This document shows positions 22,700 to 33,660 of a stretch of DNA of 64,000 bases, piece by piece. The notes below the pieces were generated by a model. The model saw only the letters and a list, made by a program, of their open reading frames with translations, did no database searches and was not told where the DNA came from. The first letter of the stretch is position 1. Every line of letters starts with the position of its first letter. Origin of the DNA: Alphaproteobacteria bacterium (GTDB lineage Bacteria > Pseudomonadota > Alphaproteobacteria > MPNO01 > UBA830); the NCBI GenBank assembly GCA_965243135.1, contig OZ251539.1, positions 4,224,001 to 4,288,000 of the forward strand, read 5' to 3'. The position numbers and the translations under genes are program-made.

Positions 22700-24124
22700 A
22701 TGTCAGGCAGCATGCTCAAGTTCGTCGAGGTCGATCAACGGATGCCGGACAAGCGTCCGGCGGCTGATCGCCGAGTCGATTTCGACGAGATCTACAAGCG
22801 CTTCGACCCGGACGCCGCGCGCGTCCAGGCCGGCCGCTGCTCGCAGTGCGGCGTGCCCTTCTGCCAGGTCCATTGCCCGGTGCACAACAACATTCCCGAC
22901 TGGCTGATGCTCACGGCGGAAGGCCGGCTGGAGGAAGCCTACGAGGTTTCCGCCGCCACCAACAACATGCCCGAAATCTGCGGCCGCATCTGCCCGCAGG
23001 ACCGGCTGTGCGAGGGCAACTGCGTCATCGAACAGGCGGGCCACGGAACGGTCACCATCGGCTCGGTCGAGAAGCACATCACCGACACCGCCTTCGAGCG
23101 CGGTTGGGTCAAGCCCGTCTCTCCGCCGAGGGAACGCGGCGAATCGGTGGGCATCGTCGGCGCCGGACCTGCGGGCCTCGCAGCGGCGGAGCAACTGCGC
23201 CGCAGGGGGTATCAGGTCGCCGTCTACGACCGCCATGACCGCGTCGGCGGCCTGCTGGTCTACGGCATCCCGAATTTCAAGCTCGAGAAGCACGTCGTGC
23301 AGCGCCGCGTCGATTTGCTGGAACAGGGCGGCGTCGTCTTCCGCTCCGAATTCGAGGTCGGGCGGGACGCGTCGCTGAAGGAACTCCGCGACCGTCACGA
23401 CGCGGTGCTGATCGCGACCGGCGTCTACCGGGCGCGCGACATTCAGGCGCCGGGATCCGGCCTCTCCGACATCGTCGCGGCGCTCGACTATCTCGTCGCG
23501 TCCAACCGCGTCGGGCTCGGAGACAGGGTCCCGGCGTTCGAGGACGGCAGCCTCGACGCGAAGGGGAAGAACGTGGTCGTCATCGGCGGCGGCGACACCG
23601 CGATGGATTGCGTCCGCACCGCGGTGCGCCAGGGCGCCCGGACGGTCACCTGCCTCTACCGGCGCGACCGCGCGAACATGCCCGGCTCGCGCCGCGAGGT
23701 GCAGTACGCCGAGGAGGAGGGAGTCCGGTTCGACTGGCTGGCGGCGCCGGAAGCCTTTCTCGGAAACGGCAAGGTGCGCGCCGTGCGCGCCCACCGCATT
23801 CACCTCGGCATGCCCGATTCCAGCGGACGCCAGACGCCCGAGCCGATTTCCGGCTCGAGCTACAGCCAGGACGCGGATCTGGTCGTCAAGGCGCTCGGAT
23901 TCGATCCGGAGGATCTGCCGACGCTGTTCGGCGCGCCGGAACTCCCGGTGACGAAATGGGGCACGGTCCGCGTCGACCACGCCACCATGATGACCGGGCT
24001 GGAGGGCGTGTTCGCCGCCGGCGACATCGTCCGCGGCGCGTCGCTCGTGGTGTGGGCGATCCGCGACGGCCGCGACGCCGCCGACAGCGTGCACGCCTGG
24101 ATCGAGGGGAGGAAGCGGAAATGA
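22700..24124 (+). CDS. gltD: Glutamate synthase small (beta) subunit
   Basis: RCSQCGVPFCQVHCP, GRICPQDRLCEGNC, GAGPAG, GGGDTAMDC, GASLVVWAI. Confidence 0.96.
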   Translation: MSGSMLKFVEVDQRMPDKRPAADRRVDFDEIYKRFDPDAARVQAGRCSQCGVPFCQVHCPVHNNIPDWLMLTAEGRLEEAYEVSAATNNMPEICGRICPQDRLCEGNCVIEQAGHGTVTIGSVEKHITDTAFERGWVKPVSPPRERGESVGIVGAGPAGLAAAEQLRRRGYQVAVYDRHDRVGGLLVYGIPNFKLEKHVVQRRVDLLEQGGVVFRSEFEVGRDASLKELRDRHDAVLIATGVYRARDIQAPGSGLSDIVAALDYLVASNRVGLGDRVPAFEDGSLDAKGKNVVVIGGGDTAMDCVRTAVRQGARTVTCLYRRDRANMPGSRREVQYAEEEGVRFDWLAAPEAFLGNGKVRAVRAHRIHLGMPDSSGRQTPEPISGSSYSQDADLVVKALGFDPEDLPTLFGAPELPVTKWGTVRVDHATMMTGLEGVFAAGDIVRGASLVVWAIRDGRDAADSVHAWIEGRKRK

Positions 24125-27100
24125 ACTTCGCTGAACGTTACCGGCGGAACGCCGCGCTGCTGCGCGGCGCCGCCTGCCTCGACGTCGAAGAGCGCGACTC
24201 CTGCGGGGTCGGCCTGGTGGCGGCGATCGACGGACGTCCGGGCCGCAACGTCGTCGACGCCGGGATCGCGGCCCTGCAGGCGCTCTGGCACCGCGGCGCG
24301 GTCGACGCCGACGGCATGACCGGCGACGGCGCCGGCATCATGGTCGAAATCCCGCAGGACTTCTTCCGCTCCCACGTCGGCCGCACCGGACACCGGGCGG
24401 GCGACGGCCCGATCGCCGTCGGCATGACGTTCCTGCCGCGGACCGACCTCGAGGCGCAGGAACGCTGCCGACGGATCGTCGAAACCGAGATCATGAAAAC
24501 CGGCTACAACATCTACGGCTGGAGGCAGGTTCCCATCGACCTCTCGGCGCTCGGAGAAAAGGCGACCGCGACCCGCCCAGAGATCGAGCAGATCATGATC
24601 GAGGGTCCCGCCGGCGCCGACCGGGAGAAATTCGAGACCGACCTCTACGTCATTCGAAAGAAGATAGAGGGCCAGGCCCTCGAAGCGCATATCCGGGACT
24701 TCTACATCTGCTCGCTGAGCTGCCGGTCGCTCATCTACAAGGGCATGTTCCTGGCCGAACAGCTCTCGGCGTTCTACCCCGACCTGCTCGACGAGAGCTT
24801 CGTTTCGCGTTTCGCCCTCTATCACCAGCGCTACTCGACCAACACCTTCCCGACGTGGCGGCTCGCGCAACCGTTCCGCATGCTCGCGCACAACGGGGAG
24901 ATCAACACCCTGTCCGGCAACGTGAACTGGATGCGCAGCCACGAAACCCGCCTCGGCGGCGAACGGTTCGGACCCCGTCTGGAAGACCTGACGCCGGTCG
25001 TCGCGCCCGGCAACTCGGACTCGGCTTCCCTCGACAACGTCTTCGAACTGCTGGTCCGCGGCGGACGCTCGGCGCCGATGGCCAAGAGCCTGATGATTCC
25101 GGAAGCTTGCGGGGAGAGCGCGGAACTGCGGGACTTCTACAACTACTGCAACTGCGTCATGGAACCGTGGGACGGCCCCGCCGCCGTCGCCGCGACCGAC
25201 GGCCGCTGGGTTCTCGGCGGCATGGACCGCAACGGCCTGCGCCCGATGCGCTACACGGTCACCGTCGACGGCTTGCTCATCGTCGGCTCCGAATCGGGCA
25301 TGGTCCCGTTGCGGGAAACCGAAATCGCCGAAAAGGGCCGGCTCGGCCCCGGCCAGATGATCGCGGTTGACCTCGACGAAGGCAAGCTTTACCACGACGC
25401 CGAGATCAAGCGATCCTTGGCATCTTCCAAGCCGTTCGGCGAGTGGGCGTCCAACATCACGCCCATCGACGACCTCATTCGGCCGGAGACGACGGCGACG
25501 CCCGTCTACGAAAACGACGAACTGCGCCGCCGCCAGGTGGCGGCCGGATACACTCTGGAGGAGATCGAGCTTCTCCTTCAGCCGATGGTGGAGGAAGCCA
25601 AGGAAGCGATCGGGTCCATGGGAGACGACACGCCGCTGGCGGTGCTGTCCGGCCAGTATCGCGGGCTCCATCATTTCTTCCGCCAATCCTTCAGCCAGGT
25701 CACCAACCCGCCGATAGATTCCCTGCGCGAATACCGGGTCATGAGCCTCAAAACGCGGCTCGGAAATCTCGGCAACATCCTCGACGAGGACGAGAGCCAG
25801 ACGCGCCTTCTGCAGCTGGACAGCCCGGTCGTTCTGAACGCCGCCTTCCAGGCCATGCGCGACTACATGGGCGAGTCGGCGGTCGAGATCGACTGCACTT
25901 TCCGGCCCGAGAGCCACGAATTCTCCCTTCGCCGGGCGATATACAAGATCCAGCGGATCGCCGAGGACGCCGTGCGCGGCGGCGCCGCGCATCTCGTGCT
26001 GACCGACGAGAACGTCGGCCGGAACCGGGCCGGGATACCGATGATCCTCGCGACCGGAGCGGTGCACGCGCATCTGATTTCGGAAGGGCTTCGCACCTAC
26101 GCGTCGATCAACGTGAAAAGCGCCGAATGCATGGACGTTCACTACTTCGCCGTGCTGATCGGCGTCGGCGCGAGCACCGTCAACGCCTATCTCGCCCAGG
26201 AAACGATCATCGACCGCCACCGGCGCGGCCTGTTCGGCGGCATGTCCCTGCGGGACAGCGTGCGGCGGTACCGGGAAGCCGTCGATCAGGGACTGCTCAA
26301 GGTGATGTCCAAGATGGGCATCTCGATCGTCTCGAGCTACCGCGGGGCGTACAAGTTCGAGGCGGTGGGCCTCAGCCGGTGGCTGGTCAACAGCTACTTT
26401 CCCGGAATGACCTCCCGGATTTCGGGGATCGGCCTGACCGGCCTGCAGCGCAAGATCTCGGAACTGCACGCGCGGGCGTTCCGGCAGGATCTCGCCGCGC
26501 TGCCGGTCGGCGGAATCTACCGGTTTCGCAAGAGCGGCGAAGCGCACGGCTTCGAAGGCTCGCAGATCCACCTCCTTCAGAACGCGGTCGCGACGGATTC
26601 CTTCGCGGCCTACAAGAAATACGCGGAGGCGGTCCGCCGCGCGCCCCCGATTTCCCTGCGCGACCTCATGGATTTCGATCCCAAGCGCGAGCCCGCGTCG
26701 ATAGACGAGGTGGAGTCGATCACCGAGATCCGCAAGCGGCTGGTCTCTCCGGGGATCTCGCTCGGCGCGCTCAGCCCGGAGGCGCACGAAACGCTATCCA
26801 TCGCGATGAACCGCATCGGCGCCAAATCGGACTCGGGCGAAGGGGGCGAGGATCCGCTGCGCTACAAGCTGCGCCCCAACGGCGACAACCCCTCGAGCGC
26901 GATCAAACAGATCGCGTCGGGAAGATTCGGCGTCACCGCCGAGTACCTCAACAATTGCCGCGAGATCGAGATCAAGATCGCGCAAGGCGCGAAGCCCGGC
27001 GAGGGCGGTCAACTTCCGGGAATCAAGGTTTCGGAAATGATCGCCAAGTTGCGCCACTCCACGCCCGGCGTGACGCTGATATCGCCGCCGCCGCATCACG

Positions 27101-28620
27101 ACATCTATTCGATCGAGGATCTCGCCCAGCTGATCTACGATCTGAAGCAGATCAACCCGGACGCCAAGGTCTGCGTGAAGCTCGTCGCCCAGACCGGCAT
27201 CGGCACGATCGCGGCGGGCGTCGCCAAGGCGCACGCCGACACCATCCTCGTGTCGGGGCACTCCGGCGGCACCGGCGCCAGCCCGCAGTCTTCCATCAAG
27301 TATGCCGGGCTGCCGTGGGAAATGGGCCTTTCGGAGGTCCACCAGGTGCTGACTCTCAATCAGTTGCGACACCGCGTGGTGCTGCGGGTCGACGGCGGCT
27401 TCCGGACCGGTCGCGACGTCGTCGTCGCGGCGCTTCTCGGCGCCGAGGAGTTCGGGATCGGCACGGCTTCCCTGATCGCGATGGGCTGCATCATGGTGCG
27501 CCAGTGCCATTCCAACACCTGTCCCGTCGGAGTCTGCACGCAGGACGGCAGGCTGCGCGAAAAGTTCGTCGGCACGCCGGAAAAGGTGATGAACCTGTTC
27601 AGTTTCGTCGCCGAAGAGGTCCGCGAGATCCTGGCCCTCCTCGGCGCCCGGTCGATCAAGGAGATCATCGGCCACACCGAACTCCTCATGCAGGTGGGCC
27701 GGGGCAGCGCTCATCTGGACGATCTGGATCTGAATCCGCTCCTCGTCCAGGCGGATCCCGGCGACCATGCGCACTACTGCACGATCGACGGCCGCAACGC
27801 GGTGCCGGACACGCTCGACGCGCGGATGATCAAGGACGCCCGCCCGGCGCTGGAAGGCGGAGAAAAAACCCAGTTGCAGTACAACGTGCGCAACGTGCAG
27901 CGGGCCATCGGCACGAGGCTTTCGTCGCTGATCACCCACCGCTTCGGCATGCAAGGCCTGCAGCCGGGCCATATCTCGGTGCGGTTGCGCGGCTCGGCCG
28001 GCCAGTCGCTGGGCGCTTTTCTCGTCCAGGGACTCAAACTCGAGGTTCTCGGCGACGCGAACGACTACGTGGGCAAAGGCCTTTCCGGCGGAACCATCGT
28101 GGTCCGCCCGCCGATCGCCGCGCCCCGCAAGTCGAACGAAAACACCATCGTCGGGAACACCGTCCTGTACGGCGCGACCGGCGGCAAGCTGTTCGCCGCC
28201 GGCCAGGCGGGCGAGCGGTTCGCGGTCCGGAACTCGGGCGCGGAGGTCGTGGTCGAGGGCTGCGGCTCGAACGGCTGCGAATACATGACCAATGGCATCG
28301 CCGTTATTCTGGGACCGGTCGGCGACAATTTCGCGGCGGGCATGACCGGCGGGATGGCGTTCGCATACGATCCCGACGGCAGTTTCGAGGACAGGGTCAA
28401 TCGGGACACGGTGATTTACCAGCGGATTCAGACGCCCTACTGGGAAGGCGTGCTCAGGAAGGCGGTCGAGGAGCACCGGCGCGAAACCCAGTCGGCCTTT
28501 GCGGAACGGATGCTCAATCACTGGAACACGGAAGTGGGCCGCTTCTGGCAGATCGTGCCCAAGGAAATGGTCGATCGTTACGAGAAGCCCGTTTTCGCTC
28601 CCGCGGAAATGCGGGCGTAG
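24121..28620 (+). CDS. gltB: Glutamate synthase large (alpha) subunit
   Basis: DSCGVG, HQRYSTNTFP, MEPWDGPA, QGAKPGEGGQLPG, CIMVRQCHSNTCPVG; ATGA overlap with gltD. Confidence 0.97.
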   Translation: MNFAERYRRNAALLRGAACLDVEERDSCGVGLVAAIDGRPGRNVVDAGIAALQALWHRGAVDADGMTGDGAGIMVEIPQDFFRSHVGRTGHRAGDGPIAVGMTFLPRTDLEAQERCRRIVETEIMKTGYNIYGWRQVPIDLSALGEKATATRPEIEQIMIEGPAGADREKFETDLYVIRKKIEGQALEAHIRDFYICSLSCRSLIYKGMFLAEQLSAFYPDLLDESFVSRFALYHQRYSTNTFPTWRLAQPFRMLAHNGEINTLSGNVNWMRSHETRLGGERFGPRLEDLTPVVAPGNSDSASLDNVFELLVRGGRSAPMAKSLMIPEACGESAELRDFYNYCNCVMEPWDGPAAVAATDGRWVLGGMDRNGLRPMRYTVTVDGLLIVGSESGMVPLRETEIAEKGRLGPGQMIAVDLDEGKLYHDAEIKRSLASSKPFGEWASNITPIDDLIRPETTATPVYENDELRRRQVAAGYTLEEIELLLQPMVEEAKEAIGSMGDDTPLAVLSGQYRGLHHFFRQSFSQVTNPPIDSLREYRVMSLKTRLGNLGNILDEDESQTRLLQLDSPVVLNAAFQAMRDYMGESAVEIDCTFRPESHEFSLRRAIYKIQRIAEDAVRGGAAHLVLTDENVGRNRAGIPMILATGAVHAHLISEGLRTYASINVKSAECMDVHYFAVLIGVGASTVNAYLAQETIIDRHRRGLFGGMSLRDSVRRYREAVDQGLLKVMSKMGISIVSSYRGAYKFEAVGLSRWLVNSYFPGMTSRISGIGLTGLQRKISELHARAFRQDLAALPVGGIYRFRKSGEAHGFEGSQIHLLQNAVATDSFAAYKKYAEAVRRAPPISLRDLMDFDPKREPASIDEVESITEIRKRLVSPGISLGALSPEAHETLSIAMNRIGAKSDSGEGGEDPLRYKLRPNGDNPSSAIKQIASGRFGVTAEYLNNCREIEIKIAQGAKPGEGGQLPGIKVSEMIAKLRHSTPGVTLISPPPHHDIYSIEDLAQLIYDLKQINPDAKVCVKLVAQTGIGTIAAGVAKAHADTILVSGHSGGTGASPQSSIKYAGLPWEMGLSEVHQVLTLNQLRHRVVLRVDGGFRTGRDVVVAALLGAEEFGIGTASLIAMGCIMVRQCHSNTCPVGVCTQDGRLREKFVGTPEKVMNLFSFVAEEVREILALLGARSIKEIIGHTELLMQVGRGSAHLDDLDLNPLLVQADPGDHAHYCTIDGRNAVPDTLDARMIKDARPALEGGEKTQLQYNVRNVQRAIGTRLSSLITHRFGMQGLQPGHISVRLRGSAGQSLGAFLVQGLKLEVLGDANDYVGKGLSGGTIVVRPPIAAPRKSNENTIVGNTVLYGATGGKLFAAGQAGERFAVRNSGAEVVVEGCGSNGCEYMTNGIAVILGPVGDNFAAGMTGGMAFAYDPDGSFEDRVNRDTVIYQRIQTPYWEGVLRKAVEEHRRETQSAFAERMLNHWNTEVGRFWQIVPKEMVDRYEKPVFAPAEMRA

Positions 28621-29151
28621 CGCCGACGTTTTCCGGTCTCGCCGCCGCGCCTTCATTCTCGCGCCGCCGTCCCGCCGCCGCGGGGAAGCGCTGGATCGAA
28701 CGACGCGCCGCTCCGCAAGGCGCGCGACCGCCCCGGCTTCCTGATTTCCGCGAGTTTCCCTCCTGCCTCGCGAGGCGGGACCGACCCTGCCGTATTCTTC
28801 GATGGCCGGGCGGCGAAACGCGCTTGCGGCGGCCGGCGACTCGAGCCGCTCGCGGACCTCGACGCCCAATGTCTCCGTCGCCTCGCCCCGGTTCGACACG
28901 CGAGCGGGGCCGCCTGCCTCTTCGAACCCCTCCGGTTCTTGCGGCCGTTCCGTCCGCCGCTCCTCCAATGCCGGACAAGGCGCGCAGACCGGCCGGCCGT
29001 CAACGACCCGCGCTTCAGGCGTCGCTTGACAAGATTCCGCTTACCCGCAACGCTTTAGCGACTGCGCGAATCGGTCGGTTCGGCATTCATGCGCAGGACA
29101 GCCTAATCCCGACCAGTCGCCGCCCCCGAGCGCGCGATTCGCGGAGCCGTC

Positions 29152-29571
29152 ATGATCAGGGTGAACGACGAAATTTCGATCCGGGACGACGAGATCTTCG
29201 AAAGCTTCATTCGCTCCGATGGACCCGGCGGCCAGAACGTCAACAAGGTCTCGACGGCCGTGCAGCTGCGTTTCGACGCGCGCCGCTCGCCGTCCCTGCC
29301 TCCCGACGTCGGGAAACGCCTCGCGCGTCTCGCCGGGTCGAGACTGACCCGGGACGGGGAAATCGTGATTACGGCCAGACGCCACCGCACCCGCGAGGCG
29401 AACCGCAGGGACGCCCTCGCCCGCCTCGTCGACCTGATCGCGAGGGCGGCGGTTCCGCCCCGGAAACGCGTGCCGACGCGGCCGAGTCGCGCGACGGTCC
29501 GCCGCCGACTCGAGGACAAGGCGAAACGGGCGCAAGTCAAGCGCCTGCGGCAGGCCGATCCGGAAGAATGA
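29152..29571 (+). CDS. arfB: Alternative ribosome rescue factor B (peptidyl-tRNA hydrolase)
   Basis: GPGGQNVNKVSTAVQLRF and basic C-terminal tail. Confidence 0.93.
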   Translation: MIRVNDEISIRDDEIFESFIRSDGPGGQNVNKVSTAVQLRFDARRSPSLPPDVGKRLARLAGSRLTRDGEIVITARRHRTREANRRDALARLVDLIARAAVPPRKRVPTRPSRATVRRRLEDKAKRAQVKRLRQADPEE

Positions 29572-29772
29572 CCGGCGACCGGCTGCGGGGCGACGTCGCC
29601 GCCGAAAACGTTGCGCCACGCCGGGGGCCGACGGCCGGGATTGCCGCCGAACCGGCCTGCCTGAAGCCGACTTGCGAGACGCAAAGGCGAAACCGACGAT
29701 TCCCGCCGGGTTCCGCGCGACGAGGCGGCGGCGAAGGACGGCTGCGCGAGGCCGGCGTCCCGCCTCCGCGAG

Positions 29773-30948
29773 TTATTCCGCCGCCGCCACGGCGGGCGTC
29801 GAAACGCCGAGATGCCGCACCTTCGGAATCACCTCGGCGGCGAATATGCGCAGATTTTTTTCCGTGAGCTCCGCGGGAAGCGTTCCGAACTGAAGCATCG
29901 GGGCGATGTTGCCGAAACCCATTTCCGCCTGGCAGGCCTCCAGTTTCTCGACGACCGTCGACGGACTGCCGCACAGGAACATGCCGTTCTCGATCAGCGC
30001 CGCGGCGCTCAGATAGCCTTCCCGCACCTTGTACTTCGCCTCCATGACGGACCGGTAGCTCGAAAGCGAAGAATAGCCCGGCGGCAACTTGTACTGCGCG
30101 GGAGACTTGATGAACTTGTTGAACAGGGATTCGATGTGCGGTCCGGCCTCGGCGCGAGCGATGTCGTCCGTTTCCGCCACGTAGGCGGGCATCGCCCAGC
30201 CGAGCTGCTCGGGCGGGCAGACGTACCCGTACTCATCGCATTGATCCCGGTACGCTTGAAGATTTCGGCGCACCGAAGCCAACGGACTGAACGTGATGAC
30301 GTAGGTGTACCTGCGGTCCGGGTGAGCGGCGAACGCGATCGTTTCGGTCGAACCCTGCGACGGAATCCAGATCGGCGGGTGCGGCGCCTGCCAGGGGCGC
30401 GGCCACAGATTCACGTACTGGAAATGATAATGCTTGCCGAAAAACTCGAACGGTCCGGGCTCGGTCCAGGCGCGCACGATCAGGTCGTGCGCTTCCCGGA
30501 ACCGCTCGTGGCTGAATCCGGGGTTGGTCATCGACGCGTGATATTCGCAGCCGATGCCCCGCACGAATCCGGCGATGAAGCGGCCTTCCGCGAGATTGTC
30601 GATCATCGCGAATTCTTCGGCGATGCTCAGGGGATTGGCGACGATCGGCAACGCCCGGCCTATGACTCCGATCGACGCCCGCTCCAGCCGCCGCGCCAAG
30701 GCGCCCGCCAGGACATTGGGCGCCGGCATCATGCCGTAGGCCGTCTGATGATGCTCGTTCACGCAGACTCCGTCGAATCCGAGCGCGTCCGCGAGTTCGA
30801 GTTCGTCGAGATAACGGTGATAAAGTCTGGCACCCTTCCTGGGATCGTAGTACCGGTTCGGAAGGTTGATCCACGCCGATTTGTTGGTGTCGAGAAAATC
30901 CGGGTCGATCGCGCCGTACGGCATCAGATGGAAGAAATGAAACTTCAT
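29773..30948 (-). CDS. Luciferase-like (LLM) flavin-dependent monooxygenase
   Basis: MKFHFFHLMPY, GFDGVCVNEHH, AEEFAMID, GFVRGIG, PHPPIW. Confidence 0.9.
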   Translation of the reverse strand: MKFHFFHLMPYGAIDPDFLDTNKSAWINLPNRYYDPRKGARLYHRYLDELELADALGFDGVCVNEHHQTAYGMMPAPNVLAGALARRLERASIGVIGRALPIVANPLSIAEEFAMIDNLAEGRFIAGFVRGIGCEYHASMTNPGFSHERFREAHDLIVRAWTEPGPFEFFGKHYHFQYVNLWPRPWQAPHPPIWIPSQGSTETIAFAAHPDRRYTYVITFSPLASVRRNLQAYRDQCDEYGYVCPPEQLGWAMPAYVAETDDIARAEAGPHIESLFNKFIKSPAQYKLPPGYSSLSSYRSVMEAKYKVREGYLSAAALIENGMFLCGSPSTVVEKLEACQAEMGFGNIAPMLQFGTLPAELTEKNLRIFAAEVIPKVRHLGVSTPAVAAAE

Positions 30949-31730
30949 GACGCGCCTCCGTTCGCATGCGAAGCGACGCCGGCAAAGAAGGCGTCGGTCT
31001 TTTCCTGCTGAGGCAGGTGTCCGCAGTCCGGGATGATCGTCAGCCGCGATCCCGGAACGAGATCCCGCAGGGCTTCGCCGTAAGCCGGCGGGAAAATCCG
31101 GTCCGAATCTCCCCACAAGATCAGAGTCGGGATCCTTATCCTGTGCAGCCATTTGCGGAGTTCGGGATTGTAGAAGCGCGGATGCCAGGCCAGTTTGGCC
31201 GTCGCGAAATGGTTCTTGAGCGCGATTTCCTTCTCTTCCTCCGTCGGCTCTTTCGCAAGCCGGGCTTTCGCGAGCGCGGAATCGAAAAACGTGTTGTAGG
31301 CCCGCTCTTCTTCGTCCCAGAGGAAGATGTCCCCCTTGGGAACCCCGTCGAGATGGATGCCGGCGGCCGAAACGAGCGTCAGCGTCTCGATGCGGGCGGT
31401 CGAACGCACCGCGATTTCCAGCGCCAGCCATCCGCCGAGAGAATTGCCGACCAAATGCACCTTTTCTCCGGCGAGGGACTCAAGGTAATCCAGATAGAAG
31501 TAGGCGAGGTCGCCCATTCCGTCGAGCCAGTCGGGCGTCTGCGAACGTCCGAAGCCGGGATGGCTGGGAACGCGCAAGCTGTAACGCTCGGCCAGCCGAT
31601 CCATGTACGGCATCCAGCCGGCGGCGCCGCCGGCGCCGTGAAGGAAGACAAGCGGCGGGCCGCTGCCGCCCGACAGAACCTCGATCTCGCAACCTGCAAT
31701 CGCTACCCGTTCCGATCTGTGCGCGACCAT
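30945..31730 (-). CDS. Alpha/beta-fold hydrolase
   Basis: FLHGAGG, HPGFG, nucleophile elbow GNSLGG, CGHLP; ATGA-coupled to the LLM gene. Confidence 0.9.
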   Translation of the reverse strand: MVAHRSERVAIAGCEIEVLSGGSGPPLVFLHGAGGAAGWMPYMDRLAERYSLRVPSHPGFGRSQTPDWLDGMGDLAYFYLDYLESLAGEKVHLVGNSLGGWLALEIAVRSTARIETLTLVSAAGIHLDGVPKGDIFLWDEEERAYNTFFDSALAKARLAKEPTEEEKEIALKNHFATAKLAWHPRFYNPELRKWLHRIRIPTLILWGDSDRIFPPAYGEALRDLVPGSRLTIIPDCGHLPQQEKTDAFFAGVASHANGGAS

Positions 31731-31831
31731 GCCGCTCTCCAAGTCAAGCCGCTTGCCTTATGCCCGACGGGTCATCGCGGCGCAAGGTTCGCCCGCCGTC
31801 GCCCGCCGGCGGAATCCGGGAGGCAGGCCCG

Positions 31832-33382
31832 CTAATTCTCCGCAACCCGGCGGCCGATCGCGCTTACCGCCGCGTGCGCCCCCAGCACGGCGCCTTCCTG
31901 CCAGCCGGGCAAGGCGGTAACCTGGTCGCCGGCGAAATAGATCGCTCCGTCGGGCTTGCGAAGTTCCTCCGGCACTTTTCCGCTTTCAGGCCAAGCGCCC
32001 TTCTGGAAGGGCACTTTGGTCCACGCCCGGCTGATGCCGTTCTCGATCTCCGCCGCATAGCCGGAATGGATGCGCTCGCCCTGTTCGATGGCGGCTTTCA
32101 GGCGTTCGGGCGGCGCCATGCCGGCGAAGCGAAGCGCGGCATCGTCGTTCCAGATATAGGCGCCGACGACGACCCCCTTGTCGCGATGGTATCCGTACGG
32201 CGGATACCAGATCTGCAAGATGTCCTGATCCGTCCACGACATGCCGCCGTAGATGGCGTGATCTGCCTCCCAGAAACGCCGCCGCGTCTGAAACGCGATC
32301 TTCACGGCCGGACCGAACTTGACCGAAGCGATCGCAGCCCGGGTCTCCGGCGAAAAATCGTTGGGAATGTCCTTCAGAACGGTCGCGGGAATTCCGCAGA
32401 CAGCAAAATCCGCTTCGACGGAGGTCGCGGAATCGCGTCCCGCCTGCCTGTAGACGACGCGAACGCCACGGGGAGTCTTGCGGATTTCCTCGACGACGCT
32501 GCGATACCGGATAAGCGGACCGACGCGCTTCTCGAAAGCCTTCGCGATGGCGTCCATCCCGCCGACAGGCTGGAACAGAGTCGGATTCTGGTCGAGGGAA
32601 TGCGCATCATGCAGCTTGTACTGCCAGAAATCCGAACGGAGCAGTTCCCCGAAATCCAGCGGGTCGTTCGTTTGTCCGGCTTCAAGGCCCGCGTTCACCC
32701 GCTCGCCGCGATAACCGCCCCGTGACGAACCCTTGTAGAGCCTGTCCGGGTCCAGGCTGCCGAACTGGACCAACATGTCGAGAACGCGTTCCTTGTCCTC
32801 GGCCGTCAGTTCGCTGTCGAGAGCGCCGCGGTCGACCGCCTTGGCCAGCAATTCGGCGATGTATCCGCGTTGATCGGTGACGGCCCGCCGAGCCACCACG
32901 GGTTCGCCGCCGAAGCGTTCCAGGTTGTGGAAAAAGGCCGCGCGGTTGTCGTTCGTGAAGACTTCGAGCTCGACGCCGAACTCCTTGCAGTAGCCGAGAA
33001 GCGCGGTGTGATGGTGGGGGATTCGGGCCGGGCCGAGATTCGCGTAGAGGTGGTCGCCGTCGTCGAAGTCGACCCGTTGCCGGTTGTCCAGTTCGTGAAG
33101 CACGTCGCCGCTCCGCGCCGTCAGGTTGCGCCCGCCGGCGCGGCCCGTCGCTTCGAGAACGGTGCAGCGGTAGCCCGCTTTAGACAGCTCGTAGGCCGCC
33201 GTCATTCCGGAAATGCCCGCCCCCAGGACGACGACGCTCTTGCCTTCGCCCGACGGGAGTTCGAGCGAAGCCGCGCGGGCCGTTCCGAAAAGGTCCAGCA
33301 CTTCCATCGCGCGATACACGGCTCCCGCGCCGGCGGCAGCCCCGATCGACTGCAGAAGCCTTCGCTTGGTCATGTTGGTCAT
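31832..33382 (-). CDS. Flavin monoamine oxidase / L-amino-acid oxidase family, predicted Tat substrate
   Basis: N-terminal TKRRLL twin-arginine motif, GAGISG, EATGRAGGR, NLGPARIP, FAGD...WQEGA. Confidence 0.88.
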   Translation of the reverse strand: MTNMTKRRLLQSIGAAAGAGAVYRAMEVLDLFGTARAASLELPSGEGKSVVVLGAGISGMTAAYELSKAGYRCTVLEATGRAGGRNLTARSGDVLHELDNRQRVDFDDGDHLYANLGPARIPHHHTALLGYCKEFGVELEVFTNDNRAAFFHNLERFGGEPVVARRAVTDQRGYIAELLAKAVDRGALDSELTAEDKERVLDMLVQFGSLDPDRLYKGSSRGGYRGERVNAGLEAGQTNDPLDFGELLRSDFWQYKLHDAHSLDQNPTLFQPVGGMDAIAKAFEKRVGPLIRYRSVVEEIRKTPRGVRVVYRQAGRDSATSVEADFAVCGIPATVLKDIPNDFSPETRAAIASVKFGPAVKIAFQTRRRFWEADHAIYGGMSWTDQDILQIWYPPYGYHRDKGVVVGAYIWNDDAALRFAGMAPPERLKAAIEQGERIHSGYAAEIENGISRAWTKVPFQKGAWPESGKVPEELRKPDGAIYFAGDQVTALPGWQEGAVLGAHAAVSAIGRRVAEN

Positions 33383-33660
33383 CGCGGTCTCCGCTGTTTT
33401 TGGGAAACGACGCGCTCACGTCGCCCGGCGCCGAAAAACCGGACGCAGTATGTCTTTGCGGGCTGCGGCGATCGCCCGGACGCTCGATCCGTCTTGCCGA
33501 CGCAAACCGCTTTCGCTGCCGTCGAATTCCGCGCCGGAAATATAGCCGGCTTGCGAAACGCGGCAATGCCGAACCGGCCGAATTTTCCCGAAAAGCGGAG
33601 CCCGGTCGAAGTCGATTTTCGCCCCAGCGACTTCGTCGAGCGGCGGATGCAAGTCCCTCG

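Noticed and set aside
23860-29867. Very long alternative ORFs (975 aa, 1474 aa, 724 aa) and similar ones over sucA, soeA and dxs
   Set aside because: Arg/Ala/Pro-rich shadow or antisense frames of well-supported genes, expected in high-GC DNA.
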